Shown: positions 26,213-38,723, numbered from the whole stretch's first letter. The stretch: 62,955 nt of DNA, filler included, from Nemertoderma westbladi (GCA_032718475.1; 4 parts of 4 records of this genome joined end to end with filler, not necessarily neighbours in it); one strand, 5' to 3'. The notes: a model not told the origin generated them from the letters alone. Numbers and translations: made by a program.

Positions 26213-28892
26213 GTATTAGTAGTGGTAGTACGGCGGTAGTATTAGTAGTGGTAGTACGGCGGTAGTATTAGTAGTGGTAGTACGGCGGTAGTATTAGTAG
26301 TGGTAGTACGGCAGTAGTATTAGTAGTGGTAGTACGGCGGTAGTATTAGTAGTGGTAGTATTAGTAGTGGTAGTACGGCGGTAGTATTAGTAGTGGTAGT
26401 ATTAGTAGTGGTAGTACGGCGGTAGTATTAGTAGTGGTAGTGCGGCGGTAGTATTAGTAGTGGTAGTATTAGTAGTGGTAGTATTAGTAGTGGTAGTATT
26501 AGTAGTGGTAGTACGGCGGTAGTATTAGTAGTGGTAGTGCGGCGGTAGTATTAGTAGTGGTAGTACGGCGGTAGTATTAGTAGCGGTAGTACGGCGGTAG
26601 TATTAGTAGCGGTAGTATTAGTAGTGGTAGTACGGCGGTAGTATTAGTAGTGGTAGTATTAGTAGTGGTAGTACGGCGGTAGTATTAGTAGTGGTAGTAC
26701 GGCGGTAGTATTAGTAGTGGTAGTACGGCGGTAGTATTAGTAGTGGTAGTACGGCGGTATTATTAGTAGTGGTAGTACGGCGGTAGTATTAGTAGTGGTA
26801 GTACGGCGGTAGTATTAGTAGCGGTAGTACGGCGATAGTATTAGTAGTGGTAGTACGGCGGTAGTATTAGTAGTGGTAGTACGGCGGTAGTATTAGTAGT
26901 GGTAGTACGGCGGTAGTACGGCGGTAGTACGGCGGTAGTACGGCGGTAGTATTAGTAGTGGTAGTACGGCGGTAGTATTAGTAGTGGTAGTACGGCGGTA
27001 GTATTAGTAGCGGTAGTACGGCGGTAGTATTAGTAGTGGTAGTACGGCGGTAGTATTAGTAGTGGTAGTACGGCGGTAGTATTAGTAGTGGTAGTACGGC
27101 GGTAGTATTAGTAGTGGTAGTACGGCGGTAGTATTAGTAGTGGTAGTATTAGTAGTGGTAGTACGGCGGTAGTATTAGTAGTGGTAGTACGTTATTAGTT
27201 ATTAGTAGTGGGTCCCGATTTTCTGCAACCCACGTTCTGGGACACGTTCTGTCGTGTCCCACTGGAGGTTTCCCCTCCATAAGACACAACGAGATCCGCG
27301 ATTTCGTCGCCGACACCCTAACCGAGGTGGCCCACAGTGTGGCAGTCGAACCGATGCTCCAGCCACTAACGGGGGAGTCCTTCTCCCTCCGTTCCACCTC
27401 GACGGACCAGCTGGCGTGGCTCGACGTGTCGGTGAGCGGATTCTGGGGCAATCGTTACCAGAAAATGTTTATCGACGTGTCGGTGTTCAACCCACTGGCG
27501 GATACCAACGCGGCGATGTCGATTGACGCCGCCCATCTCCACCACGAGGCGAGGAAGTGCCGGAAATACGAGGAGAGATTACGCGAGGTGGAACACTCCA
27601 CCTTCACTCCCTTAATTTTCTCTGCTTTCGGCGGAATGGCACCAGCTGCCCATCAGTTTGTCAAACGACTGGCGGTGAAGTTGTCCGACAAACGGCAGGT
27701 TCCCTATCCGGAGTGCGTCTCATGGGTACGTCGGCGAATCAGTTTCTCCCTCCTCAGGTCGTCATTAATGTGTTTACGCGGGTACCGTTCGGCTGCTAGG
27801 CGACCGGTGCGGGAGGCAGTCACCGACTCATCGATCCGGTTGGCTAACGCGGACTCAGACCCTGGGGTGTTAGCGCAGTTCGGTAGGGTGGGGTAAATAC
27901 AGTAGTATGCTCCATACACCATAGAGACTGTTTCTGTGTTGGGGGCGGGATTTCATTTTAAATTTCCCTCTTATATTGGTTGCCTAGTAACGTCGGCTGG
28001 TGGTGGGTATTGTTTAACATTAACGTTTTATTATCTATGTGAATAAATGAGACTTAAAGAGTTAAAAAAAAAAAAAGTAGTGGTAGTACGGCGGTAGTAT
28101 TAGTAGTGGTAGTACGGCGGTAGTATTAGTAGTGGTAGTACGGCGATAGTATTAGTAGCGGTAGTATTAGTAGTGGTAGTACGGCGGTAGTATTATTAGT
28201 GGTAGTACGGCGGTAGTATTAGTAGTGGTAGTACGGCAGTAGTATTAGTAGTGGTAGTACGGCGGTAGTATTAGTAGTGGTAGTACGGCGGTAGTATTAG
28301 TAGTGGTAGTACGGCGGTAGTATTAGTAGTGGTAGTACGGCGGTAGTATTAGTAGTGGTAGTAAGGCAGTAGTATTAGTAGTGGTAGTACGGCGGTAGTA
28401 TTAGTAGTGGTAGTACGGCGGTAGTATTATTAGTGGTAGTATTAGTAGTGGTAGTATTAGTAGTGGTAGTACGGCGGTAGTATTAGTAGTGGTAGTACGG
28501 CAGTAGTATTAGTAGTGGTAGTACGGCGGTAGTATTAGTAGTGGTAGTAAGGCGGTAGTATTATTAGTGGTAGTATTAGTAGTGGTAGTATTAGTAGTGG
28601 TAGTACGGCGGTAGTATTAGTAGTGGTAGTACGGCGGTAGTATTAGTAGTGGTAGTACGGCGGTAGTATTAGTAGTGGTAGTACGGCGGTAGTATTAGTA
28701 GTGGTAGTACGGCGGTATTATTAGTAGTGGTAGTACGGCGGTAGTATTAGTAGTGGTAGTACGGCGGTAGTATTAGTAGTGGTAGTACGGCGGTAGTATT
28801 AGTAGTGGTAGTACGGCGGTAGTATTAGTAGTGGTAGTACGGCGGTAGTATTAGTAGTGGTAGTACGGCGGTAGTATTAGTAGTGGTAGTAT
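26200..28892 (+). repeat. 26-bp satellite (agtagtggtagtacggcggtagtatt)n, interrupted at 27208-28076
   Basis: Directly visible tandem units. Confidence 0.95.
27208..28076 (+). mobile_element. 5'-truncated CRE-like copy of a related subfamily (RLE domain, 3' UTR, poly(A))
   Basis: Protein parallels the C-terminus of the 23330 ORF; AATAAA at 28042; A13 tail; gtagtgg on both sides. Confidence 0.9.
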
Positions 28893-29977
28893 TGTCTATG
28901 GCGTCCGGCGCCATCATTGTATAAAATTGTCATTCGCACCATAAACTGTCCTGCACGCACATAGACCTGCCTGTAGCTTTAACCAGGTTCTCATTACATT
29001 TACTTTACGTTTACATGGTTACAGGCAAAAAAGTCCCACGCCTGTAACTAATTATCCTGGAAAATGTGTTAAAGATAATCGTTTCGTTACAGGCTGTGGA
29101 CAGGAAGGGCTAAGCAGTATTTTCCCAGATTATATTTAAGCTCGGACAATAATCGCATTAATTTCTACAGAATATATCATATGTGGATTTATGACTTCAT
29201 ATATTGATCAGCAGTTCGAAAACACAAAAATATTATATTCTATAGAATTATATTCTAGAACTTTCTTATCCGCATTTTTGAAGAATAGTAGAATGTGCAC
29301 ATTTTTTCCTAGGCGTAGCCGAGGAATAAATATTATTTTTTCTAGAAAATAGTAAATAATATTCTAAAATAAATAATATTTATTCAATATAAGTTGATTA
29401 ATATTTTCTATTAATACTTTCTAGTATTTCTGAGCTTTCCGGAAGATATCTTCCCCATTCAGCTATCGCCGATAAGTTGACATAATGTAAAAAAAAGTAC
29501 GACGTCATTGTGTGTATTGGAAAAGCAACAATGAATATTTGCTATATTGATCTGTAATATATTTAATTAATTAATTAATCTTGTCCTGATAATCACGATA
29601 TTTATATTATTAATCACGCGAACTGTGTGGCTACTGCTCGAGTTCTCGTTATATGTAAAATATAAAGGATATGAATTATATCTATCCATAAGTAAAAGGC
29701 GAAGGAAGTATATGGTAGTCCCATGGGTAGTCGTATTAAAGTAATTAAAAATATCTTAACATGTATCAATATATACCTATTATTATATTATGTACTGATT
29801 AAGCGTATATACAGAGTGAGGTAGGGAGTTAAATTGTTTGAATTTATTTTACCTGCATTTTAAATTCAGGCACATTAAAAAACGAGGTCCTGATCTCACC
29901 TTGGCCCACAAGTATTATGGGGTCATTTTATTACTGAAACTAAATAGCTGGTTAAAAATCATAATTCTACTAGACTG

Positions 29978-30460
29978 CTAGATAAGTTTGTATACTGGCC
30001 TGTCTTTGATAATCTGTACATAAAGTTTAACGGGACATTTAAGTATGTAGCTAAGCATCTGTTCTGTGTATCCCGTTAGGAAGTAGACAACGTTTATGTT
30101 GGGTCCGTGAACAGATCTTAGGAACAGACAGATATGAACCTGGTTAAGTCTGCGTTTAATAACCGGCGTAAATACGTGCATCTGATGCCAGGTTCCCTGG
30201 AGGAAGTTGCGAACAAATAGTTCCTCGAACAGGGCCCTCGCTGTGGTCCCTGATTCCTCGTTTCGTTCGCCTTCTAACGCGCTAGTCTGCGATATATTCC
30301 AACCTTTAGAGACCCCGATGTCGCTGGGTTTCTTGGCCATCTCGTAGGTGAGCGCTCGGCTACGGTTTTTGGTGGTTCTGAAACGACCGGAGACTTTCTT
30401 ACACCGCGGAACTGAAGTGGATAAACTCCGTCGAACAAGGGATACCTGAGTAATTAACAT
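29978..30460 (-). CDS. MRPS24: Mitochondrial ribosomal protein S24 (uS3m), intronless CDS
   Basis: LTYEMAKKP..IG..KGW, EELFVRNFLQGTW, IKRRLNQ, YFLTGYTEQMLSYILKCPVKL, VYK.I C-terminus match the MRPS24 family; basic N-terminal transit-like peptide. Confidence 0.88.
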   Translation of the reverse strand: MLITQVSLVRRSLSTSVPRCKKVSGRFRTTKNRSRALTYEMAKKPSDIGVSKGWNISQTSALEGERNEESGTTARALFEELFVRNFLQGTWHQMHVFTPVIKRRLNQVHICLFLRSVHGPNINVVYFLTGYTEQMLSYILKCPVKLYVQIIKDRPVYKLI

Positions 30461-31036
30461 CCTTGAATGTGGAATTCAATACTGCAATAGGTATTCAGGT
30501 AGGCCTGCTGCCTAGCCTACCGCACCGTTCAGCCGGTAGTAGGAGAATAACCAGCCACTACACACTAGCGAATTGGTAGATAGTCATAGACCATTAACTG
30601 ACGGATAAGATAGACAAAGACAACCACCCAACAGGAACAGCCCAACCACTATCACTGTCAGACTGTATCAGCTACAACGAGTCAGATAGCAGCTTCATAC
30701 TGTCATAGCTCATGGGGACACCAGGAACTCCGAATGACAGAATGGGACGCGTAACGGCTCATGAATCTTCTCCCAGTCTGCTTCCGGTCTGTTGACTAGA
30801 TCCAGTTAACAAACATCTAATTGTTTGTTAATTTATCAGTTTATGCAAAGGCGACGCGACAGGTTATGTCCTGTATAAATACTGGCAGACTGGTAGGCCT
30901 ATATGACTGTATGATATTTTCTTTAGGAGTATAACTGTATACAGTTTGTTATACCGGTACTCCTAGAAAAATGTTAACTGCTATATAGCTGTATAGCTGT
31001 ATATAATATATATAGGCCTAGGTAGGTCCTGAGATT

Positions 31037-32314
31037 AGGGGCGGTATTCATAGAGTTAGTATTAGTTACAGCTACTTAGTGACAGCTTTTAGAAAGAGCT
31101 GCAACTATGTTTAGTAAGAGCTATCTGTTACTATAAACAACTGATTTTAGTAAGAGCATTGACTTAACTTAGTTTCAACTAGCCCTTAAAAAATATCAGT
31201 ATTCATAAACTGTTACTAAACTTAGTTCTAGCCTATTAGTAGCAGTGCCGGTGCTTTAACTCATGTTTATCAAAAAGCTTTCAGTTTCAACTTAAGGTCG
31301 GTAGTTATGCCTTGCATGTCTCTATGTTTACTGTTTTACTTGTACTGGTAGTCTACATTAAAACCCATTAATTTTATTGGTCACTAAAACAATTCCTGTT
31401 TTCCAGTAAATTTTTTTCGTTATCAAATTTATATTTCCTCCACTCAATTTAATTATCACTAAAAGATATTTTTGAATCATCAAAAATAAATCTGTTACGG
31501 CCTGTTGTACTAAAATCCCTTCATTATTTAGGTTCGAATAACGTGGCACTGTAAGCTGCCTTTTCCCACATTTTAGCAATAATTTATAATTAATAGATTT
31601 AATGTTAATTGATAGATTTTAGTGGAAACTGAATATTTTAGTGATTTCCTGTTAAAATTTTAGTGAAAAATTATTATTTTTAGTATGGCGATAAATCATT
31701 TGGCTATACCATTATCGAATACCATTATTTACATTTGGTAATAGAGAGGAAAAGAATGTAGTGGGAACGCTACCGCTTTTTTCTCTTGCGAAAGTTCGCG
31801 AATGGTAGAATTCTTTAGCGAAACACATTTTTCAACGGACGCGGACCGTTCGGGAGCAATCTCACCATTCAAGAATGTAAGCTGAAATTTGGAAATTTAA
31901 GTCGGATATATGTTTAAAAAACAAAAAGCTTTATGTCGTTACATTTGACAGTTTCTCTGCAACAACACATTTGCAATGAACACAGAAAGCTAGAAAAACA
32001 AGAGAGAGTATAATGTGGACAGAGTCGTCAGTAACATAATAACCATACTGTTTGTATGAAGGCCAATATACAATAAGTAAGTGGTCTTACCAACTTAGTA
32101 ACATCTTCATGTGACTAGAAATTTAAGTTTCAGCTAATACTAACTTAAAAGTAAGACTAAATTCTATGAATACGAGTTTAGCAACAACTAGTACTAAATA
32201 CGTTAGTAATAAGTAACACCAACTTCTCTGAATACCGAATTAGTACAATCACTTACTAACTTGATGTGACTAGGACTAAGTTCCTAGTTAGTCACATTTA
32301 TGAATACCGCCCCT
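31037..32314. mobile_element. Non-autonomous TIR element (Harbinger-like termini)
   Basis: aggggcggtattcata / tatgaataccgcccct; internal repeats of tattcata / tgaatac. Confidence 0.7.
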
Positions 32315-32568
32315 CCTCCTTATGTTTGACGTGATTGCTTTACGATTCCTGATTTAGTTGGTAATTAGACAAATTCGAGCCTCAACCCGAACGCCGAACC
32401 CACAACTAATTACATAATTAATTTATAGTCCTACAAAATTACATACCGGTAATCTGGCATCTGGTACGGTATAACTACTGGAGCTACTGTTGAACTAGCG
32501 GAGGCGGTATGTTGAAATTATACTGTATATCCAAGTTATACCAAACCAGTTGCCAATAGTATGCTTAA

Positions 32569-32721
32569 AGGCCATGATACACCACAGGAGCGGCGAGCGG
32601 CAGTTGCCTTTTGTGGTGTATCATCACCCATAGAAAATAATGTGTTCTATTTTTATAAAGTGGCCGCTTGCCGCGGCCGCTCGCCGCTGCCGCTCGCCGC
32701 TCCTGTGGTGTATCATGGCCT
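32569..32721. mobile_element. PIF/Harbinger-type MITE
   Basis: TAA|aggccatgatacaccacaggagcggcgagcggcag ... reverse complement|TAA. Confidence 0.85.
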
Positions 32722-34564
32722 TAAAGGGTAAAACGAACTCAGGTCCTGCAGGGCCTGACTTTGATGAACTTAGATCTTTACGAACTTAGGTCCTATATAT
32801 GCGATGCGAATATAGATCCTATCTGGGTGAACTTAGATCCTAACTAGCAGTGGCGTGGTGGCCATACATCTATTCGGGAAAATTCCCGGGCCCCCTTGAC
32901 GATCCGGGCCCCCGGGCCCCTCAGGGTCAGAAAATTATATTGATGTTATAAAAAAATATAGTAGTAGGTATTACACCAGGTATGTTATCCCAGGTAGGTA
33001 TTTTACATAGTATTGCACCTCTGTGAGACTATTTTATTATATTTAATAAATACACCATATTCTGGAACATTTTGTTTATCCAATACTTAGATGGGCAACA
33101 ATGCAATAACTCTTTAATCATACTATTACGTAGCTATTCATACATTAACAAAATGTTCCAGAATATGGTGTATTTATTAAATAGAATCTCCACCGGATTC
33201 ATCAACTCTACTTCAGTATATCTAAGTGACGGTGCTTTTAATTTAATTTATTATTTATTCACTTTATCGTGTTTTATTGTGACACTCCCAGTCCCATGGC
33301 TTAATTAACTTTAAAAATTAAATAGAATAAATTGTAAATGCGATTTTTGCCGAAATGGAGATTGCTGTATTTCTTTATGTTAAAATGTATTCTGAATCCG
33401 ATTAACTCACTTAGAAGGCCATACTCCCACGTATAACTGAGATATTTATCGTTTTAAAACCACCTATAACTATATGCCAGTTTTGCATAGACCGCATTAG
33501 AAAGAAATGTTTTTTAAAACAACCTATATAATACATTTTACGAATAGAAAGCCAGCAAGCTGGCTTTAAACAAACCTGCCCCTCAAACCAGTACCATGAG
33601 TGAGCGAAAATGAAAACACGATAATTGCCATCAACTCAACGATAGAAACACCAGCTGCTGGTACTCATGAGGGCCTAGTAAGCTACTACTATTTATTGAA
33701 TGGATAGCCCTAACTGCAGAGAAGTATATTATTACTTGCCAAATTTATTACTATCTCACTCTAACCCAGACAGTAATCAAATATCAACTGTTAGTTTGTA
33801 TAATGTATTACCCCACCATATGAATAGCTCTTCCCAGTGAATCATATAACAACAATCTATAAGGATAATCACTGTTATGTTAGATGGGAGGCCAGGTAAT
33901 TGAATTGTAAGCACTGGGCCGTTTAAATGGTTTATAGGTTGATGATAATGAATGATGAGGGACCCAACTAACACTACGTTTGTCTATATGTACGGTCTCC
34001 TTACAACCAGCTGGCTGGCTTTTCTAGTTGAATCATATTATTCTGAAACCAAATAATTTACTCTTTTAGACGAATTTGTACGTTTTTTTGCCGGACCAAC
34101 AAATTTTGGCGACGTTCTGTGCGAGATTGGCGATATTTGAAAAGATTCTGAGTCTCAAATATGTTGCTCATATGACTGAATGAATAGCCCAAATAAAAAA
34201 GTTGGTGCATACTCGACGAGTTGAAATCGGTGAAATTCGACATTAAATTTTCAAAACCGCTATTTTTCAGTGATCCCGTGATCGAAACGCCACAAAAAAT
34301 ATACAGTCTTGTGCGCAACCAAAATCTATGTAGAGTTTGTTATTAAAATTTTTGCGTACCTGCTTGAGTTTTTGAGATATTGGATGGTTATACATATACA
34401 CACACACACACAACCAACCACATCGTGTTTTTGAACGGCTCAACTCTTGACAAAAACTACCCTGGCCTATTAATAGGTAGGTTCGTTATTATAAATAGAG
34501 TAAGCCCGGGAAACGTTGATATAAAATTGGAACCAACAACTACACACCAACACAACAACACATA

Positions 34565-35112
34565 GGTCCTAACTATGTGAACTTAGATCCTAACGAGGTG
34601 AACTTAGATCCTAACGAGGTGAACTTGATCCTAACTAGGTGAACTTAGGTCCTAACTACTTGAACTTAAGTCCTAACTATGTGAACTTAGATCCTAACGA
34701 GGTGAACTTAGATCCTAACGAGGTGAACTTGATCCTAACTAGGTGAACTTAGATCCTAACTAGGTGAACTTAGGTCCTAACTAGGTGAACTTAGATCCTA
34801 ACTAGTTGAACTTAGATCCTAACGAGGTGAACTTAGATCCTAACTAGGTGAACTTAGATCCTAACTAGGTGAACTTAGATCCTAACTAGTTGAACTTAGA
34901 TCCTAACGAGGTGAACTTAGATCCTAACTAGGTGAACTTGATCCTAACTAGGTGAACTTAGATCCTAACTAGGTAAACTTAGATCCTAACTAGGTGAACT
35001 TAGATCCTAACTAGGTGAACTTAGATCCTAACTAGGTGAGCTTAGATCCTAACTAGGTGAACTTAGATCCTAACTAGGTGAACTTAGATCCTAACTAGGT
35101 GAACTTAGATCC
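34565..35112 (+). repeat. 21-bp minisatellite (gaacttagatcctaactaggt)n; related units at 32735-32847 and 35160-35270
   Basis: Directly visible tandem units. Confidence 0.92.
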
Positions 35113-36287
35113 ACCTTTATGCTATTAAAATCCTTTGGTAATCATCATGCTTTCGCGAAGCGAACTTAAATCTCACGTTGAAAGCAAAGCAAACTTAGAT
35201 CTTAGGTGAACTTAGATCAAAATTTATATAAATTCCTTAGCACACGCTAGAGGAGAAGCGAACTTAGATCCCAGATCCCAATTAGAGTCCCGATCCCAAT
35301 CCCGGAAATTCCGAAAAATCTGAACGCGTTTAAACACTACTGCATACTCTACTGTACTCCTACCATTCCATACTATCACCGTAGCTGAAATTTATAAGCA
35401 ATGATGATTATTTTTTTTGCTGATCTGTTCCTAGATCTGATGATCTCAGAATTCCTCGTTTCTGATGCTTATAAGTGGTAAAAAAAAATTTTAAATTGAA
35501 AAGTAAAGAAAATAAGCTGATTTCTGAAACATACACAAAGTGTACCTGTACGTACACCTTGTACATCAGTAGGAGTAGACCTACTGAGGTGTCCCGTCCC
35601 CATGCAGTAGGTGCATGCAATCAGTGATCAGTTCACAGCAGACAGTTGATCGGTAGTTTTATTAACATATAATATAACCAATAAAAACCATTAATTAAAC
35701 CACAAATTATATTATTTTATTCTGAAACATTTCTTCGTCTACTTTTTTTATACACTTCGGCTACGCACGAATTTATCTGACTGACTGCCTTACCTCCTGG
35801 GCCTGCACCATTAATATTAATGTATAACATGTTCTAGAGAGCATATCGTATAGTGTGGTGTGGTTTTATAAGGCACTTTGAGCGGTTAAGTTCGTTTCCA
35901 AACCCAATCGCTTGCTCGTATCCCTTCTGTACTGCTGGACTGCTGCTTTGAATGGCAACTTTTGGTTGGCTGCAAGGTAGTTCCAGCAAACACGTAGATT
36001 TTATCTTGCATACAGTGTACTATGCGCATTAATGCACATATCACCTTTTTCTTTTTACAATAATAAACTTCTTTCTTAATAAAATATCATTTCATAAGGG
36101 GAAGTTTTACATTCATACGATTGGGTGTTTGAATCACCCATATTATTTCGTAGATGATTTGTGTTGTGTTGTATTAATTAATCCAATTATGGTACCGGTA
36201 GCTCAACTTTATAATAACTCAACTCTCAGTTTAAACTTTTATTGAATTACTTTCAGTTTTACTTATTCCTCCGTTTATTAATTTCAG

Positions 36288-38723
36288 GTAATGCAAGTAA
36301 CACCAACTAAAGTATCTCTACTAGAGTGCGCTAAGGAGGTGCAACAAGTGAGTCTACCAGATGACGTCACCGGAAATATAATCGAATGCGCTGCCATCGA
36401 CGACCACGCAATGCTGGTTACCGACTCGGGTCACCTCGTCTACCTCCGTCTCCATGGCGACGGGAGCGAGCAGCGACTGCGCGCGACTCGGCCGCAGTTG
36501 CGCGTTAAACCAATCACGGTGGACGTTTACCGCGACCAGGGGGGTTTGTTTAACACGACGGCGGGGGGCGGGACCACGGTGTTGGGGGCGGCGGCCGTGC
36601 AGCGGGCCGTAGCGCCCTCTAGTGGGCCCACTGCGGACGACGAGGACGCGCTGCTGTACGGCGGCGGCGTCGAACGGAACAAACCGAAGCGACCCGACAC
36701 GAAACCGCCGCCAACCCCGAAACCCGCCGAACTCAACATCCCGATCACCTACTGGGCCGTGGTTTACCTGGAGAACGGCGCGCTCGAGATCTACTCGCTG
36801 CCGCAGTTCCTCTGCGTGTTCCACGTGAGCGGGTTCCCGTACGGGCCGACCCTGGCGACGCACTCGGATCGCAAGTGGACGCTGGACAGCGCGTGGGACC
36901 GCCGCTCGCAGGGCGCGGTCACCGAGGTGCTCGCGGTCGGGCTGGGTCCCGGGGCGAGTCGTCCGCATCTCGTCGCGCTTACCGGGAACTCCGTCCTCGT
37001 CTACGAGGCCTTCGTGTACAACCAGCCGACCGCCCCGGTTGGGGAGACGCAGCCGCTCAACGTGCGATTCAAACGGCTCCACCACGATATCAACGTTCGC
37101 ACGCAACGCGTCGGGAAGTCGTTGCATCCGTCGCTACGGGTCGAGACGGAGACTCCGTACGGTGCCAAACGGAAGCTCCTCAGACATTTTACTGATATTA
37201 GCGGTTATTCCGGGGTCTTTATCGCCGGGCCTTACCCTTATTGGTTGATTATGACTCATCGGTGCGCGCTTCGCGTTCATCCGATGACGATAGACGGTCC
37301 GGTAACGTCGTTCGCAACCTTCGACAATGTGAACTGCCCCCGCGGTTTCCTCTACTTCAACCTCGAGGAGGACCTCCGTGTCTCACAGCTCCCCGGCCAT
37401 CTCACCTACGACGCCCCCTGGCCCGTTCGCAAGGTTCCTCTTAAAGCCACACCCCACCACGTTGCCTATCATTCGGCATTGAAGGTCTACGCTGTGACGC
37501 GTAGCGTGGACGCTCCCACCAATAAGGTCCCGCGCACGATGAGTCTAGACAACGAGTTTGACGTCGTCGATAAAGGCGAGCGGTTCGTCTATCCTCCTGC
37601 CACCACCTTCAGTATCCAGCTGTACTCCCGGGAGTCTTGGGAGCCGCTCCCTAACGGCAAGGTAACGCTCCCCGAATGGGAGCGCGTCTGCTGCATGAAA
37701 GTCTGTCTACTCAAGGACGACAACGACGTATTCAAGGAGTTCATAGTCGCCGGCACTAACAACGTCCTCGGGGAGGAAGTTATGTGTAAAAGTCGAGTTC
37801 TTATTTACGATGTAGCGGCTCCGACGGAAGGGAGCTCGGACGAGTGGCTGAAACTTCTGATAGACGACGAAAAGAAAGGCCCGGTTAGTGCTGTCGCATC
37901 TGTTAGAGGGCTTCTCTTCACGGCGATCGCTCAACGGATATTTCTGTGGCATTTTAAGCCGTCGGAGCCGGCGCTCGTAGGCGCCGCTTTCATTGACACG
38001 CAGTTCTACACCCACTGTGCCGCCCCCCTGAAGAACTTCATCGTTACCGGCGATGTTTTCCGCAGCGTCACGCTTCTGCGTTTCAAGGATCAGGATAAGA
38101 TGCTGTCCAAAGTTAGTTGCGATGTCTCGGCGTTGCAAATCTACGCGTTGGATTACCTCGTGGACAGCGGGAATCTCGGATTCGTCGTCAGCGATGAGCA
38201 CAAGAACCTCATCATCTTCCACTACCAACCGGAGATCCGAGAGTCTCTCGGTGGTACCCGACTCCTCAGACGTGCCGATATCAACATCGGGGCGCATGTC
38301 AACTGCTTCTTCCGTCTCCAGGTCAACCTGGACGACCCTGGCTCCGGGGTTTGGGACCGGCCCGCGTCCGTCAAGGCCTTGGAGAAGCGTCACGTCACCT
38401 ATTTGGTGACTTTAGACGGGAGTTTGGGGTATCTGATCGCCGCTCCTGAGAAGACCTACCGCAGGTTGTTGATGTTGCAGAACGCGATGGTTGCTTGGTT
38501 GACTCACCCTGCAGGATGCAACCCCAAGGGGTTCCGAGCGGTTCGTTACCCCTACCGGGAACTAAGGAACCCCAACCGGAACGTTCTCGATGGGGAACTC
38601 ATCTGGCGTTACGTGGGGCTGCCGAGGCCGGACCAGGACGACCTTGCGACCAGAATAGGAACTCAAATCGATTCGCTTCTGGATGATCTAACCGAGTTCC
38701 AACGATTAACTTCCCATTTTTAG
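36288..38723 (+). CDS. CPSF1: Cleavage and polyadenylation specificity factor 160 kDa subunit, C-terminal 811 aa in one terminal exon
   Basis: tttcag acceptor at 36287; FTDISGYSGVFIAGPYP, LRVHPMTIDGPV, FDNVNCPRGFLYFN, LTYDAPWPVRKVPL, KGPVSA, AFIDTQ, EKTYRRLLMLQN, RNVLDGEL, TSHF*. Confidence 0.93.
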   Translation, partial: VMQVTPTKVSLLECAKEVQQVSLPDDVTGNIIECAAIDDHAMLVTDSGHLVYLRLHGDGSEQRLRATRPQLRVKPITVDVYRDQGGLFNTTAGGGTTVLGAAAVQRAVAPSSGPTADDEDALLYGGGVERNKPKRPDTKPPPTPKPAELNIPITYWAVVYLENGALEIYSLPQFLCVFHVSGFPYGPTLATHSDRKWTLDSAWDRRSQGAVTEVLAVGLGPGASRPHLVALTGNSVLVYEAFVYNQPTAPVGETQPLNVRFKRLHHDINVRTQRVGKSLHPSLRVETETPYGAKRKLLRHFTDISGYSGVFIAGPYPYWLIMTHRCALRVHPMTIDGPVTSFATFDNVNCPRGFLYFNLEEDLRVSQLPGHLTYDAPWPVRKVPLKATPHHVAYHSALKVYAVTRSVDAPTNKVPRTMSLDNEFDVVDKGERFVYPPATTFSIQLYSRESWEPLPNGKVTLPEWERVCCMKVCLLKDDNDVFKEFIVAGTNNVLGEEVMCKSRVLIYDVAAPTEGSSDEWLKLLIDDEKKGPVSAVASVRGLLFTAIAQRIFLWHFKPSEPALVGAAFIDTQFYTHCAAPLKNFIVTGDVFRSVTLLRFKDQDKMLSKVSCDVSALQIYALDYLVDSGNLGFVVSDEHKNLIIFHYQPEIRESLGGTRLLRRADINIGAHVNCFFRLQVNLDDPGSGVWDRPASVKALEKRHVTYLVTLDGSLGYLIAAPEKTYRRLLMLQNAMVAWLTHPAGCNPKGFRAVRYPYRELRNPNRNVLDGELIWRYVGLPRPDQDDLATRIGTQIDSLLDDLTEFQRLTSHF

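Noticed and set aside
28920-28990. Possible HDV-like ribozyme at the CRE 5' end (minus strand, gcgaatg)
   Set aside because: Imperfect P1 and no P3/L3 or P1.1 consensus
36354-38686. Overlapping and antisense ORFs within CPSF1 (likewise within the CRE and LINE ORFs)
   Set aside because: Shadow ORFs of GC-rich or long coding sequence; no motifs
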